From assembly GCF_009914755.1 (NCBI RefSeq), contig NC_060934.1: a stretch of 64,000 nucleotides of DNA; one strand, 5' to 3'. The DNA comes from the human T2T-CHM13v2.0 reference genome, Homo sapiens. This document shows, piece after piece, positions 1 to 13,782 of the stretch. A program made the translations under genes and the position numbers. Below the pieces are notes generated by a model. The model was not told where the DNA came from, made no database searches, and saw only the letters and a program-made list of their open reading frames with translations. Within the stretch, counting starts at the first letter, position 1; each line of letters starts with the position of its first letter.

Positions 1-341
1 CATCAAACATCATTCTCCTGTATTAAATGACATTACCATGAGATCATTCTTTATGTTTACAACCTAATTTTTTATTTTTTTCTCCTTAGTCTTCAACGGG
101 GATTAAAGATAGCCAGCCATCTTTGACCGTATCATAAAGTTGTTGTTGTTCAAAAGCTACCTCACATTGGGTTATCCACTTAAAAAGGAATCTATAGAAT
201 AGAGAATAGAGAAGTTGCTAATTACTAAGTGTGTTTGAATCAATACGCCTAGGGCTATGTCAAAAACACAAAGTGAGCTCAAGTCTGTACCCCAAGGTCT
301 GCCATAAAGCACATACTTGGAAATTAAAAAGAAAATCCCCA

Positions 342-747
<406 letters not shown>

Positions 748-892
748 TCATTGCTGATCTTCTAGCCCAAATATAAACCACAGCTACCAAAGGCAACACA
801 CTGCATGTTCATTATTCTGAGCATAATAAAAAGAAGTTCCTTGCAGTGAATGAAATGTAGCCTTGGATATGGTTCCCAAAGCAGGCTGTGAG

Positions 893-1039
893 GGCCGGCC
901 ATGGTGGCTCACAGCCTGTAATCCCAGCACTTTGGGAGGCTGAGGCAGGAGGATCACTGGAGCTCAGCAGTTCAAGCCTAGCCTGGGCAACGCAGTGAGA
1001 CCTCATCTCTAAAAATAAAAAATAACAAACAAACAAAAA
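893..1039 (+). mobile_element. FLAM-type Alu left monomer
   Basis: Single Alu monomer ending in an A-rich tail; flanking TSD ~CCAAAGCAGGCTGTG. Confidence 0.88.
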
Positions 1040-1424
1040 CTCCAAAAGCAGGCTGTGGGATCTCGTGCTTGGAAATCTTGAAGACGGCATTGATGGTCAC
1101 CTTGGTGAGTGTGGTCCTGCCTGGGGCCAGGTGTTCAGTGAGGCGACCCCTGTGGCTTCTTCTCCCCTCATGTTCCCAGGAGCCTTCTGAGTCACCAGCG
1201 TTTCGGTTTGATTACTAAACCAAGTCCATTCTCTTGAGAATGCTTTTCAACAATAGTTCAGAGATGGCATGAGCCAAAAATCACGTTAAAAGTGACCTCA
1301 CTTCCTTAACAGCTATTGACTTGTGTCCTCTAAAGAGGGTGAGGGAAGGGGAAGAGGAAAACCTTTATTCAGCTTCTTTCCTCAGATAGACCAGAAACCA
1401 CCAAGGAAAGCAGCAAATCATCAC

Positions 1425-1632
1425 AGCCCAGGGGTCGGAGCCAGTGGAGGTTTTGATTCTTATTTCTGATATTTACTTGGACTATGGCACATCTCCCCAA
1501 ACCAGTGCTTCCTCCTCTGTTCGATAGAGATAAAAATAATAGTGATCCGTCCATCACAGTGGTTGTGAGGATTAACTGAGATAACAAATTTAACATACAT
1601 GGTATACAATACGTGCTCAATAAATGGTGGCT
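1425..1632 (+). mobile_element. MIR fragment
   Basis: GGTTGTGAGGATTAACTGAGATAA...GTGCTCAATAAATGG matches the MIR 3' half. Confidence 0.7.
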
Positions 1633-2082
1633 CAAAGGGGAAAAGCAGACCCAGCTACTGCTACTGCCACATCTCAGATCCCCACACTGTGTATATCCCT
1701 GGTTTGCTAAATGTCTAATGTGACACGGGAGATGCAAAAGGAGAAATAATTTGGTCTTACGCTGCCTTTCAGGAGACTGGAAACCTTGGGAGGTGAACCC
1801 AGTGAGAAGGCAGAGCTCAGAAGAACTGGAATTAGCAGCGCCATGGAGAGAAACTGGATGCCCAGCAGGTCCGTTCTATAAATGCTGGATGCGTTGGTAA
1901 GTGCATTATTGTAGGTGGGATTTGAACTGGGTCTTGACTGATGGAAACAAACATGAGTAAAACTGCAAGGGCAAGTGGAAGATGGGCATGTGTGTGGGGC
2001 ACTGACACTCTCACCGGACTGGAGTGAAGATGAATAGTTGGGAAATAGTGAAAAATAAAGTTTAGATAAACAGTCTTTTTAA

Positions 2083-2896
<814 letters not shown>

Positions 2897-3321
2897 GCAG
2901 TTTATCCCATAAGCAGTGGGAGTGGTTGAGTATATTTGACAGGAGTTGAATGTGAGTTGGACATCCATGTGGTTGGACACAGGAAATCAAGAGACAGTTC
3001 TAGGATAGAGATCGGCTTCCAAGAAGCAATGACAACCGTGAGAAGGAACATGATTGCCTGTATCATTGTACAGAGTGGAGGAAAGAGGGCCAGGAACAGA
3101 ATTTTGGGACTCCACCTGGGAAATGAGGAACTAGTTATTAAGTGCGTCTGACAGTGGGTCAGGGGCCACTGCTGGTGCTGGTGGTACAGTGGCAAACACA
3201 ATGGGAAAGGTTCCTGACCTCATGGGGCTCACATGCCAGGGCAGGAGGCAGGGGAACTGGGAAAGAGGGGCCAGGAGGAAGGAAGAACGCCAGGAGATCG
3301 GGCTTTTAAAGAGGGGATTAA

Positions 3322-3642
3322 GGCCAGACACGGTGGCTCACACCTGTAATCCCAGCATTTTGGGAGACTGAAGTGGACGGGTCACCTGAGACCAGGAATT
3401 TGAGACCAGCCTGGCCAACATGGCAAAATCCTGTCTCTACCGAAAATACAAAAATTAGCCGGGAGTGGTGGTGCAGTACTATAGTCCCAGGTACCTGGGA
3501 GGCTGAAGCATGAGAATCACTTGAACTTGCTCCCCAGTTCAAGTGGAGGTAGAGGCTGCAGTGAGCTGAGAACACGCCACTGGACTCCAGCCTGGGGGAC
3601 AGAGTGAGACTCTGTCTCAAAAAAAAATAAAATAAAATAAAA
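3322..3642 (+). mobile_element. AluS, full length, with an internal inverted insertion
   Basis: Dimeric Alu with A-rich tail; TSD ~AAAGAG(GG)GATTAAG. Confidence 0.92.
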
Positions 3643-3740
3643 AGAGGATTAAGTTAAATTGAGAGCCGTAGGGTGAGCCCTAATCCAATATAACTGGTGT
3701 CTTTATAAGAAGAGGAAATTGGAACACAAAAAGCGACACC

Positions 3741-3820
3741 GGGAGGTAGAGCTTGCAGTGAGCTGAGATTGCGCCACTGCACTCCAGCCTGGGTGACAAG
3801 CGAGACTCCATCTTAAAAAA
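3741..3820 (+). mobile_element. 5'-truncated Alu (3' part of right arm, AluY-type)
   Basis: GGGAGGTAGAGCTTGCAGTGAG..poly(A), flanked by a perfect 13-bp TSD AAAAAGCGACACC. Confidence 0.92.
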
Positions 3821-4044
3821 AAAAAGCGACACCAGGGGCACCCATGCACAGAGAAAAGACCACGTGAGGACACTGAGCAAGAAGGTGGCCGCCTGCAAGC
3901 CAAGGAGAGAGGCCTTGGAGGAGCCAGCCGTGCCAACACCTTGATCTTTGACTTCAGCCACTAGAGCTGTGAAACAATACATTTTGTTGTTAAAGCCACC
4001 CAGTCGGTGGCATTCTGTTAAGGCAGCCCAAGCAGTCTACAACA

Positions 4045-4171
4045 TTGGAACACAGCCCCATCTGGTCAAATACTATGGCTGCTTTTGAACCAGTGGCAGA
4101 GTTGAGAATTTGCAAGAGAGTCCACCCGCCTAGCAAAGCCTAAAGAAAAAAACTTTTCTGACCACCACTCT
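4045..4171 (+). mobile_element. MER58A (hAT-Charlie) fragment
   Basis: TTGGAACACAGCC..TATGGCTGCTTT..GGCAGAGTTGAG..GCAAAGCCTAAA. Confidence 0.7.
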
Positions 4172-4231
4172 GAAGCATCCCAGAGCTATTCTATGAATAA
4201 ATAGTAGTTGTAGGAAGGTAATATAAGTGTA

Positions 4232-4542
4232 TTTTATTTTATTTTCTATTTTTATTTTTATTTTGAGATGGAGTCTCACTCTGTCGCCCAGGCTGGAGTG
4301 CAGTATTGCAATCTTGGCTCACTGCAGCCTCTGCCTCCTGGGTTCACGCCATTCTCCTGCCTCAGCCTCCTGAGTAGCTGGGAATACAGGCATGCATTGC
4401 CATACCCAGCTAACTTGTAATTTTAGTAAAGACAGGGTTTCACCATGTTGGCCAGGATGGTCTTGATCTCCTGACCTTGTGATTTGCCCATCTCGGCCTC
4501 CCAAAGTGCTGGGGTTACAGGCGTGAGCCACCGCACCCGGCC
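4232..4542 (-). mobile_element. AluSc/Y-like, full length
   Basis: Antisense Alu containing GGATGGTCTTGATCTCCTGACC; TSD ~AAGT(G/A)TATTTT. Confidence 0.92.
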
Positions 4543-4624
4543 AAGTATATTTTATTTTTATGCTTCCATCTCCCAAGTTAGAGGCCAATCTTTGGAGAGT
4601 GAGGACCACATAATTTACAGCAAA

Positions 4625-4860
4625 ATGCTGTTTTCTGAGCACCTGCTGTATGCCAAGAATTGTATATGCACCTGCTCTCAATTGATCCTTATGACAACTT
4701 TGTGAAGTGGATAATTTCTATCCACACTTTCCAGATTAAGGAAACAAGACTGCTGCATGAAATGAAATGATTTCTCAGGTCACAGAGCCTGTAAAGGTCA
4801 AGGCAGAGAAAGTGACCAGCTCTAGCTTCAAAGTCCTTGCTCTTGTCATCATGCCATGCT
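4625..4860 (-). mobile_element. MIR
   Basis: CTGAGCACCTGCTGTATGCCA..CAGATTAAGGAAAC..AGGTCACAGAGC. Confidence 0.75.
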
Positions 4861-4904
4861 ACTTGCAATTTAGGTATTTTTTGTATTTGTGTCTCTTGCA
4901 ATTT

Positions 4905-5616
4905 TTAGTACCTCACCACTAATAGATATTCAGATAATCTTTCTTTTTATCATGAGAACACTTAAGATCTACTCCCTTAGCAAGTTTCAAGTATGCAGTA
5001 TATTATGATTAACCATAGCTATGAGTTCATTAGATGTCTATGACTTACTCATATTATAACTGAAATTTTATACCCCTTGACCAATATCTCCCCATTTTCC
5101 CTACCCCTGAGCCCCTGGCAACTACTATTCTAATCTGTTCCTCTAAGTTCAACTGTTTTTTAAATTCTGCATATAAGTAGGATCATGCAATGTTCATTTT
5201 TCTGTGTCTGGCTTATTCCATCTAGCATAATATTCTCCAGGTTCATCCACATGATCACAAATGGCAGGATTTCCTTCTTTTTATGGCTGAATAATATTCT
5301 ATTATAGATATAAATGTCACATTTTCCTTATTCATTCATTCATGTCACAAGTGTCCTTATTCAGCTGATGGACACTTAGGTTATTTCCCTGTCTTAGCTA
5401 TTGTGAATAATGCTGCAATAACCATGGGAGAACAGACATCTCTTTGAGATTCTGATTTTATCTGCTTTGGATATGCAGACAGTAATGGGATGGCTGGATC
5501 TTATGGTCATTCTATTTTTAATTTTTTGAGGAACGTCTATACTATTTTGCATAATGGCTGTACCAATTTGCATTCCCACCAACAGTACACAAGGGTTACC
5601 TTTTCTCCACATCTTC
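4905..5616 (-). mobile_element. L1MA/L1MB 3' end (3' UTR plus end of ORF2)
   Basis: GAGAACACTTAAGATCTACTC..CAAATGGCAGGATTTCCTTCTTT..GGCTGTACCAATTTGCATTCCCACCAACAG; the ORF at 5394-5702 carries degenerate ORF2 C-terminal residues. Confidence 0.88.
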
Positions 5617-6170
5617 AGGGAGTATTTCTTGAATAAATCTCTAGCTTGGTCCTTCTCCCAGTATGGTAACCTTTCTGTGGACAAATAGACTGTAAGCATC
5701 AACTACAGACCAAGCTTTGTTCTAGGCTCTAGAGATACAGCAAACACACAACATTCCTGCTCTTGCAGAGTTTACTAGTCGAGAAGTGGTTTTATATCTT
5801 TCAACAGCTTTAGACCAACTGTACAGCTTGCCCTGGCCTGATCCTGCGCTCTCATGGTGGCAGAGGCTCAGCTGAATGGCAGCCAGCTCAGTGCCTCAGG
5901 AGCTGCACCTGAAGACCAGTCATTTCCAGAAGCTCTTTTTATATCACCTGGAAAGTTCCTCCAGGTCTACTCACCCTCTGTCATTCCCTCCCTTTCATTG
6001 CTGTACAGCAGGGCGGCTTCATTCCCTCGCATTTCTCTCTCTTGCACAGATACCGTATCTATCTGAATGGCACTGAAATCCACACGCTACAAAACTGAGC
6101 CTTTGGTGGAAAATGTCAGCGCCAATAGTCCTTAGGAAAAACAAAAAGTCCCAAACCTAACCAAATCTGA

Positions 6171-6521
6171 TTTTTTAAAATTATTTTATTTTTATTTATT
6201 CATTTTCAAAAAACCTTTTAGGTTCAGGGGTACATGTGCAGGTTTGTTATATAGGTAAACTCATGTCATGGAGGTTGTGTTTGTTGCAGAGATTATTTCA
6301 CCACCCAGGTACTAAGCCTAGTAACCAGTAGATATTTTTCTGCTCCTCTCCTTCCTCCTGGCCTCCACCCTCAAGTAGGACCCAGTGTCTGTTCTTTTCG
6401 TTGTGTCCACAAGTTCTCATCATTTAACTCCCACTTATGAGTGAGAACATGTGCTATTTGGTTTTCTGTTCCTGCGTTAGTTTGCTAAGGTTAATAACCT
6501 CCAGCTCCATCCATGTTGCTG
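6171..6521 (-). mobile_element. Old L1PA (PA13-16-like) 3' end
   Basis: TTAGGTTCAGGGGTACATGTGCAGGTTTGTTATATAGGTAAACTC..CCACTTATGAGTGAGAACATG; TSD ~CAAATCTG(A/G)TTTTT. Confidence 0.88.
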
Positions 6522-7239
6522 CAAATCTGGTTTTTCAAAGCAAAGATTTCCTTATTAAAAGTTTAAATAAAAAGAGAGAGCAAGAAAAGTTTTGGGCTTC
6601 CTAAAACTTCGGTATTTTCTCTGACATCAAATTAGACATTTTGGCCCAACTGAACGCCTAGGCTTGGTCTGGGATGTGGGGGCCGATGACAACATCTTGT
6701 GGCTTGCTGCCATTCAGCAATGGAGTGTTACACTCAGCTGTGAAACTTGTCACTGGAAAGTATCTGACCTTTAGCAGGTAAGCCCAAATTGCTTCACATC
6801 TCACCTCCACTAGACTAATAGCACTTCTGAGCACAGCTTGCGTTATCACTTGACATCCCTGAAATCCATTTCTAAGGTAAAATGGAAGTCTAATTGGAAA
6901 AATCAATTTTTAATGAAAGAAGTCTTCAAAAAAGAAAAAAAAAACAGTTGTCAGATTTTACTATGCCATCCCCATTCTCCTGTTAACACTGGGGCTAAGC
7001 CACTTCAATGAAATAAAAAATGTATATGGCTTCTCTATTTTGAGTTCTCTAGAGATAATTGAATAAAGAATTGTGGAAGGAGTAAAAAAAGGGCTCTGCT
7101 ATATACTTGTGATTTCTTTTGACCTCTACTTTTTTAACCTATAAAGTTGAGGCATTAAGCTAGATAATAAATAAGCTCTCTAAAAACTCAATAATTTCTG
7201 TATTAACCCCAAACTGAAGGAAGCCCCCTCCCCTCAACC

Positions 7240-7400
7240 TTTTTTTTTTTTTTTGAGATACGGTCTTACTCTGTCACTGAGGCTGGAGTGCAATGATGCA
7301 ATCACAGCTCACTGCAGCCTCAAACACCTGGGCTCAAGTGATACCCCTGCCTCAGTCTCCCATGTAGTTAAGACTACAGGCTGTGGGCCCCAGTGCCAGA
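7240..7400 (-). mobile_element. AluJ right arm / FRAM
   Basis: Poly(T) followed by CACAGCTCACTGCAGCCTC..CTGGGCTCAAGTGAT. Confidence 0.85.
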
Positions 7401-8887
7401 CAGGATATATGTTTATATCTCTAGGTACTTCAGTGCTGATAATTTATATACTTTCAAAATTGGATTCTGCCCCACAGGCCTTCTGACAGCTGTCGTAGTA
7501 CCAATAAGTCCTGCCAAGTTATCTTCAGCCTGGGAAAGTTACCCAGTGAGCAGAGGCCCCCAAACTAGACTTTTGGTGGAAGAATACCAAGGCTCGGAGT
7601 CTAGGTAGGATTATGCCATTAGGGTATAGTTAGACCCTTTTTCATGTTTTGCAAAGTGATGGGGAGACTAAGCTCTTTAAAGTCCCCTTAACTTCTGCCC
7701 TTATCACCAACAATCTGTGACCCTACAGTCCTAAGGGTTTTGTGGACCAACTGAATCCCCAGTAAGCCTCCCTGAGGTCAGTCAGCTTAGTGGTTGCATG
7801 GCATTGGTAATGGTGGAGAGGCACGGGAAAATATTTTGCTGCTTGATGGTTTAAAAGGATGAACAAACAAGACACTCAACAACTGCCAAACCAAAATATC
7901 ATCACACATCCCTAAAGTTTTGATCCATAACTAAAATTAAAATGATGCGTACTTTTTCTCTTTTGCAGAGCAGTCTTATGGAAGTCAGTGGAATCGAGTC
8001 AAACCATTCCCTGGGCACCAGCAATGGTCCCCAGCACATACAGCAGACAGTCTGAAAACATTCCCACTTGTATCTCCTGATTAGCATAGCATTTACCCAA
8101 AAGATAGAAAAAGCTAAGCGAAGTGGCATTTATGAAATATGTGCTGCACCATCTTTCAAAATAGCCTCGAAAGATTTTGAAGATGAAATGAGTTTTTCTT
8201 ACGTAAATCTGCATTTCAGCTCTGGCTCTTATTAAAAACAACAAAACAAAATGACACGAACAACAACTGGGAGCTTTGGAGGAGACCCATAAAAACGATT
8301 TGCATTTACTGAGTAAATAAAGACTAGACAGTTCAAAATTCTCTGTAGGGATAATTGAGAAAGAGACTCAAAGAAATTAGACATGAAAAAGAATTGTTTG
8401 ATTACATCTCTCCAGGGAATGCATTTCTTGGGTTCTTTCCTTCTGGATTAAAAGGTCAAATGACAATAACACTAATAATACATTCTATAGCTCAACGCCT
8501 TCTTTGAAGCTTTCTAATAGCCCCGTGAGCTGTGGAGTCATGTAGTGTTCATGTTGAATGTGGCTCCTATTGCTATTATGACTTCCTCAGAGCCACCAGA
8601 TATATCTGATGGGGAAACTCAAGATGTAGACTATGACACTTCACTGAGTAGAGAGAGTGTAGTCCCATGATTTGTCCAGAAAGCAGGTTCTCTTACTCTG
8701 GCCCAAGAGGAGGCTTGAAGGGAAAATCACATTTTTGAGGGGAAGGTGGGGAGGGAAATAGCAAAGTCATTTTGCATTTTGGAAATTACGTAGTTGAATG
8801 GAATAAATTATAATTATATATATTATCTACTATAAAATTGTATATTATATATGTATGATATCTATCTATCTATCCATCTGTCTATCT

Positions 8888-9416
<529 letters not shown>

Positions 9417-10904
9417 TAGTTTTTGAGGTTATGCTGCAGGGATCCCAGGACAAAGACCCATTTCCAATGGCAAATGTGACAAATGGAGGTTTTTAGTGGC
9501 AAAACATAGGTACGGGCAAGAAAAAGGCTGGCTGTAGATGAACGCCTCTGAAAAGGCTATGAAGGAAGTTATCCACTTTAAATACGTGAGTGTAAAAAAA
9601 ATCAACCAAACAAAACAGAACGGGAGCATTTAGATAATTCACTCTCCTAATCTCATGGTAAATAAATAGTGTTAAACCATGTCTATTGCCACAGGAGTTC
9701 TGGTTTTACTTATTTTACAGCCTGCCTTTCCCCCTCTGGGTAGTACCAGGAGGAAATAAAATCCACTTTCTTTTTCACTCTTCCACTATGGCGGCTTTGT
9801 CTCTCTTGGGTATTTGGGCTTCTGTGTATTTGCAAGGCTTATTTTTCAATAGAGCGGGCAGGGTTTACAAAGTCGAGGAATTTCCATCTCCAGCGCTGTT
9901 AAATCACGGCTGAAATGGCTAGATCATTTGTTTGTTGTAAAAGGGGGAAAAACACATTGGTTATTACAGAAGTGGCTGTTTCCAGCCCATCTGAACAGGA
10001 AGACTGCAGCCTCTGGCAATGACTGAATTCAGGGGACTCAGGACATCTTGGTGTCATTTAATTATCTCAAGACCCAAGCCCCTTATTCTGCTACATTCTG
10101 TGCTTCTCCACGTGGGGACTTCCTCTGGGTCTTGGCTAACGCACAGGAATTTGATGTTTAGAAAGTCACTTTCCTGTCCTTATAAACAGTCCCACCATAA
10201 TAACCTGGCTTCTGGCACCAGAAATTCATTTAAATTTCGCTCAGCTTGCTTTACAATTAAGATTTAATTAGTAAACTCATTACAAAGGCAGGAAATCTCT
10301 GACTTTCCCCTAATTCTCTTTTAGGCCTCAGCCATGACCCAGCCTGTCCCTCTGTCTTTTAGACATTTGCAGAAAGTTTTCTCTAAACATTGTTATTTAT
10401 GTCACTGTAAGTCCAAGATAAAATATTGTTCTTCGCTTTTGAAAATAGATGGAAGTAACCTAGTCACTTAGCATTTAGGGTTTCGAGTTCTTTATTTAGA
10501 AAATATTCCTCGTTCGTATTTTTAAACTTGCTAGACTGAGAGTTTGTTTGGATCCTCCCAGGTTTTCTCAGACAGTAGAAATAGGGATTAAGGTTGGGGG
10601 TGGGGGAAGGAATACCAACGGGACAAGGAGCTTAGCTAGGAGTATAATTACCCCATGGTATCACCCCCAAAATGACACAGGACACTGGGCTATTTTACTG
10701 TTACGCCTGAACCAAGAACACAGGAAAGGCAGAACTCTGTCTCTGCAAACCAAGGCAAAAAATTCATATTTTGCTAATGAAGAAAAGCAGAAAAGCATCT
10801 GCCAGAAAGCTCAGAAAAATGGGGGTGTGGCTGTGAAATAAATGCACGCTCAGTTGAGACAGAGCTTTGCAATGTGAGAAGCCCAGGACTAAAACGTTTT
10901 AGCT

Positions 10905-10952
<48 letters not shown>
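10905..10952 (+). repeat. (GATA)12 microsatellite followed by a TA-rich tail
   Basis: 12 uninterrupted GATA units counted directly. Confidence 0.97.
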
Positions 10953-12104
10953 TACATAGATATATATATGATATATACATATATATATGACAAAAGCTAG
11001 ATAAATAAATTCATGCTGAGAAAATGAAGTCCCTGAAGGAAAATGATAGAAATTTTTAAATCAGAGCTTAAGTGTTATTGATATACTTGATGCAATAAGA
11101 CATTAAAACATTTACTTTTACCCCACAAAATGGCAAGCATAGGACTTTTAAAAGAAAAATTTCCTTTTCCTTTCAAATGTCTTCTTGGTTATTTTAGCTT
11201 GCCACCTGCAAAAAGCTGAAGCCCTTCATGTGATCTTTGGTCCTGAAGGCAAGTTTTACATGGTTAGATGACTGATTCCTTTTTACAAAGTCAGTTCTTA
11301 AAAATTTACTCATTAGCAGTAACTGTAAGTTGTCTCTGATTTTAAAGATCTATTTGAAGAATTAAATATTTTTAAATGAATTTAATTGTTATGAGGGGGG
11401 CTTATTTTCTAGTGATTTCTATGATCTTGCTATATTTTTGGACTAACAAGGGAAGAAAATATGGATCAGAAAGGCTAAGCAACTTTCCTAAGGTCACACA
11501 GCAAACTTGTAGGCAAGGCAGAACTAAGCTTTGTTTGTTTGTTTGTTTGTTTCAATTCTGTGCAGAGCTCTGGGCAAACTCAAAGGGAGAAGTTATTAGT
11601 AGCTGTAAAAATCAAGCCCTGACAGTGGGTGTTTCTCTTGGACAGTCTCTGTATTTGATGTTCTGACAGCTTTTATGAGGCTTTGGAATGTGTCAATAGA
11701 TAACACTGTGACCCCGAGGAGGGAGCAAACCAAACCCTTTCCTCTGGGAGTTCTCCTCCACTGTGCTGCTGAAAATTTGCAGGCACAAGAGGAAATTCAA
11801 AATTTACTTTCAAAATGGTTCAGAAGAGCTTGAGAGAACACGAGGCTCCAAAGGGAACTGCTCAAATTCAGAAGAGTGGAAAAGTCAGATAACTGAACTG
11901 CACAGTTTCCAATCACCTGGAAGCTAAAAATAAAGGCCTCCTCTCCCTGTCTCCTCGGCCCCGGGTTCAGAAGAGTCAGGAATCAATGTAGGAACACAGG
12001 ACTTTTGCCCTGGTGAGGTTTCAGTTGTCCCTGGAGATGCTGTGCGAGGGACCCGATGTCCTCAGGAGCGTCAAGGGAGTGCCTTGATCAGGCAGGGGAC
12101 TGTA

Positions 12105-12382
12105 GGCTGGGCGTGGTGATTCATGCCTGTAATCCCAGCACTTTGGAAGGCCTAGGTGGGCAGATCACTTCAGGTCAGGAGTTCGAGATCAGCTTGGGCA
12201 ACATGGTGAAACTCCGTCTCCACTACAAATACAAAAATTAGCCAGGTGTGATGGTGCATGCCTGTGGTCCCAGCTACTCAAGAGGCTGAGGCAGGAGAAT
12301 CACTTCAACCTGGGAGGCAGAGGCTGCAGTGAATTGAGATCATACCACAGCACTCCAGCCTGTGCAACAAAGTGAGACTGTC
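12105..12382 (+). mobile_element. AluS
   Basis: Dimeric Alu with a degenerate tail. Confidence 0.9.
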
Positions 12383-12794
12383 ACTGCACCCACCCCTCCT
12401 CAAAAAAGAGAAGGTTGCTGTGCAGATGGCTAGGGCAGTCCCTCAGGAAAAGGAGGCAGAGAACCTGGAAAGGAGGGCAGGGACTAGGAGGATGCAGCAA
12501 GGAGTTCTAAAATAACAGTAATAATAATAATAAAAAGCAGAAATAATGAGGGCACACAGGAATCTACAACTCCCAGGAAAGCTTCAGCCCCGAGAAAGGT
12601 ATAACTGCTCTCCAGCGATGACTGTTTTCAATTGAGGTTTCATTTAATGGAAGCTCAACCATTAGAAACCACAGCAGATGTCCCTCCAAGCTGCCTGAAG
12701 TGCAGCAGCAGTAAACAGAAGGAGAGCTGAGCCAGAGTTTCCTAATTTCTCTAAATAAGGAATTCTACTTGGGAAGGTACATGCAAAAAAATTT

Positions 12795-13560
12795 TTTGCT
12801 GGAGAGGGCATCCTTAGCAGTTGTTGTCAGAGTCATAATAACCAAATTCACTGTATGAACCTTGACTAAATCCTGTCTGGAAAATAACAGCCATATATAT
12901 ATATAAAATATATACATATATAAAATATAAGTATTTTATATATATATAAAATATAAGTATTTTATATATATATAAAATATAAGTATTTATATATATATAA
13001 ATATTTTATATATAAAATATAAATATTATATATATAATATAAATATTTTATATATAAAATATAAATATTATATATATAAAATATAAATATTATATATATA
13101 TAAAATATAATGTATATAATATATAAATCTAATGTATAAACATATATTTATATATAAATATTAAATTAATATATAACTATATACATAATTATATATGTAT
13201 ATTTTATGTATAATTATATATTATGATATTTATAATAATTTATAATAATTATATATTTAATATTAATGAAATATATTTATATATTTATATATTAAATATA
13301 TTATATAATAAATTTATAGATATATAAAATTCTGGTACCTTCAGAGACATTTAAATATGGAGTATATATTTTAATAGATTATATTATGGAATTATAAATT
13401 TTCCTGGGTATCATTATAGTATTGTGGTTAAGTAGAAGATTATCTTTATTCTTAGCCAATGCATGCTAAAATTAGGTTGAAGTACAATGATGTCTGAAAC
13501 TTAGAAAGAAGTGTGTGTGTGTACACATACACATATATAAATATATGTTTATGTATGTGT
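12795..13560 (+). mobile_element. Ancient L1 (L1MC/L1ME) 3' UTR, split by an AT-rich expansion
   Basis: AACCAAATTCACTGTATGAACCTTGAC..ATCCTG / ATATTATGGAATT..GTATTGTGGTTA..TATTCTTAG..ATGCATGCTAAA..ATGATGTCTGAAACTTA. Confidence 0.65.
12893..13330. repeat. AT-rich minisatellite / low-complexity tract
   Basis: 26-bp unit TAAAATATAAGTATTTTATATATATA at 12921, 12947 and 12973, then degenerate 22-24-bp units; almost no G/C. Confidence 0.93.
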
Positions 13561-13782
13561 GTATACGCACACACCTATTTAAGCATTTGCCATGCAGACG
13601 ATGGTTGAAAGAATAATGAAATCACTAGGTTTCTATATAGAAAATTAGTTAATTCCTTCGTTATTTGACATTACTAATAGATTAAACAAGAATAGCAAAC
13701 ACTTACACTATATGCTATAAGCGTATTGCTATATACTGGCCCTCCGTTAAGAGCTTAGTATGTGTGAGTATAATATACATTC

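Larger units (their letters stand above)
3295..4044 (+). mobile_element. MLT1A/B-like MaLR LTR (5' part missing), split by two Alu insertions
   Basis: GATTAAGTTAAA..GGGTGAGCCCTAATCCAATATAACTGGTGTCTTTATAAGAAGAGGAAA..AAGCCACCCAGT..GCAGCCC..ACA. Confidence 0.82.

Noticed and set aside
90-126. C-terminal SHL as a peroxisomal PTS1 signal
   Set aside because: It depends on an unproven exon and phase, and a tripeptide match is easily chance
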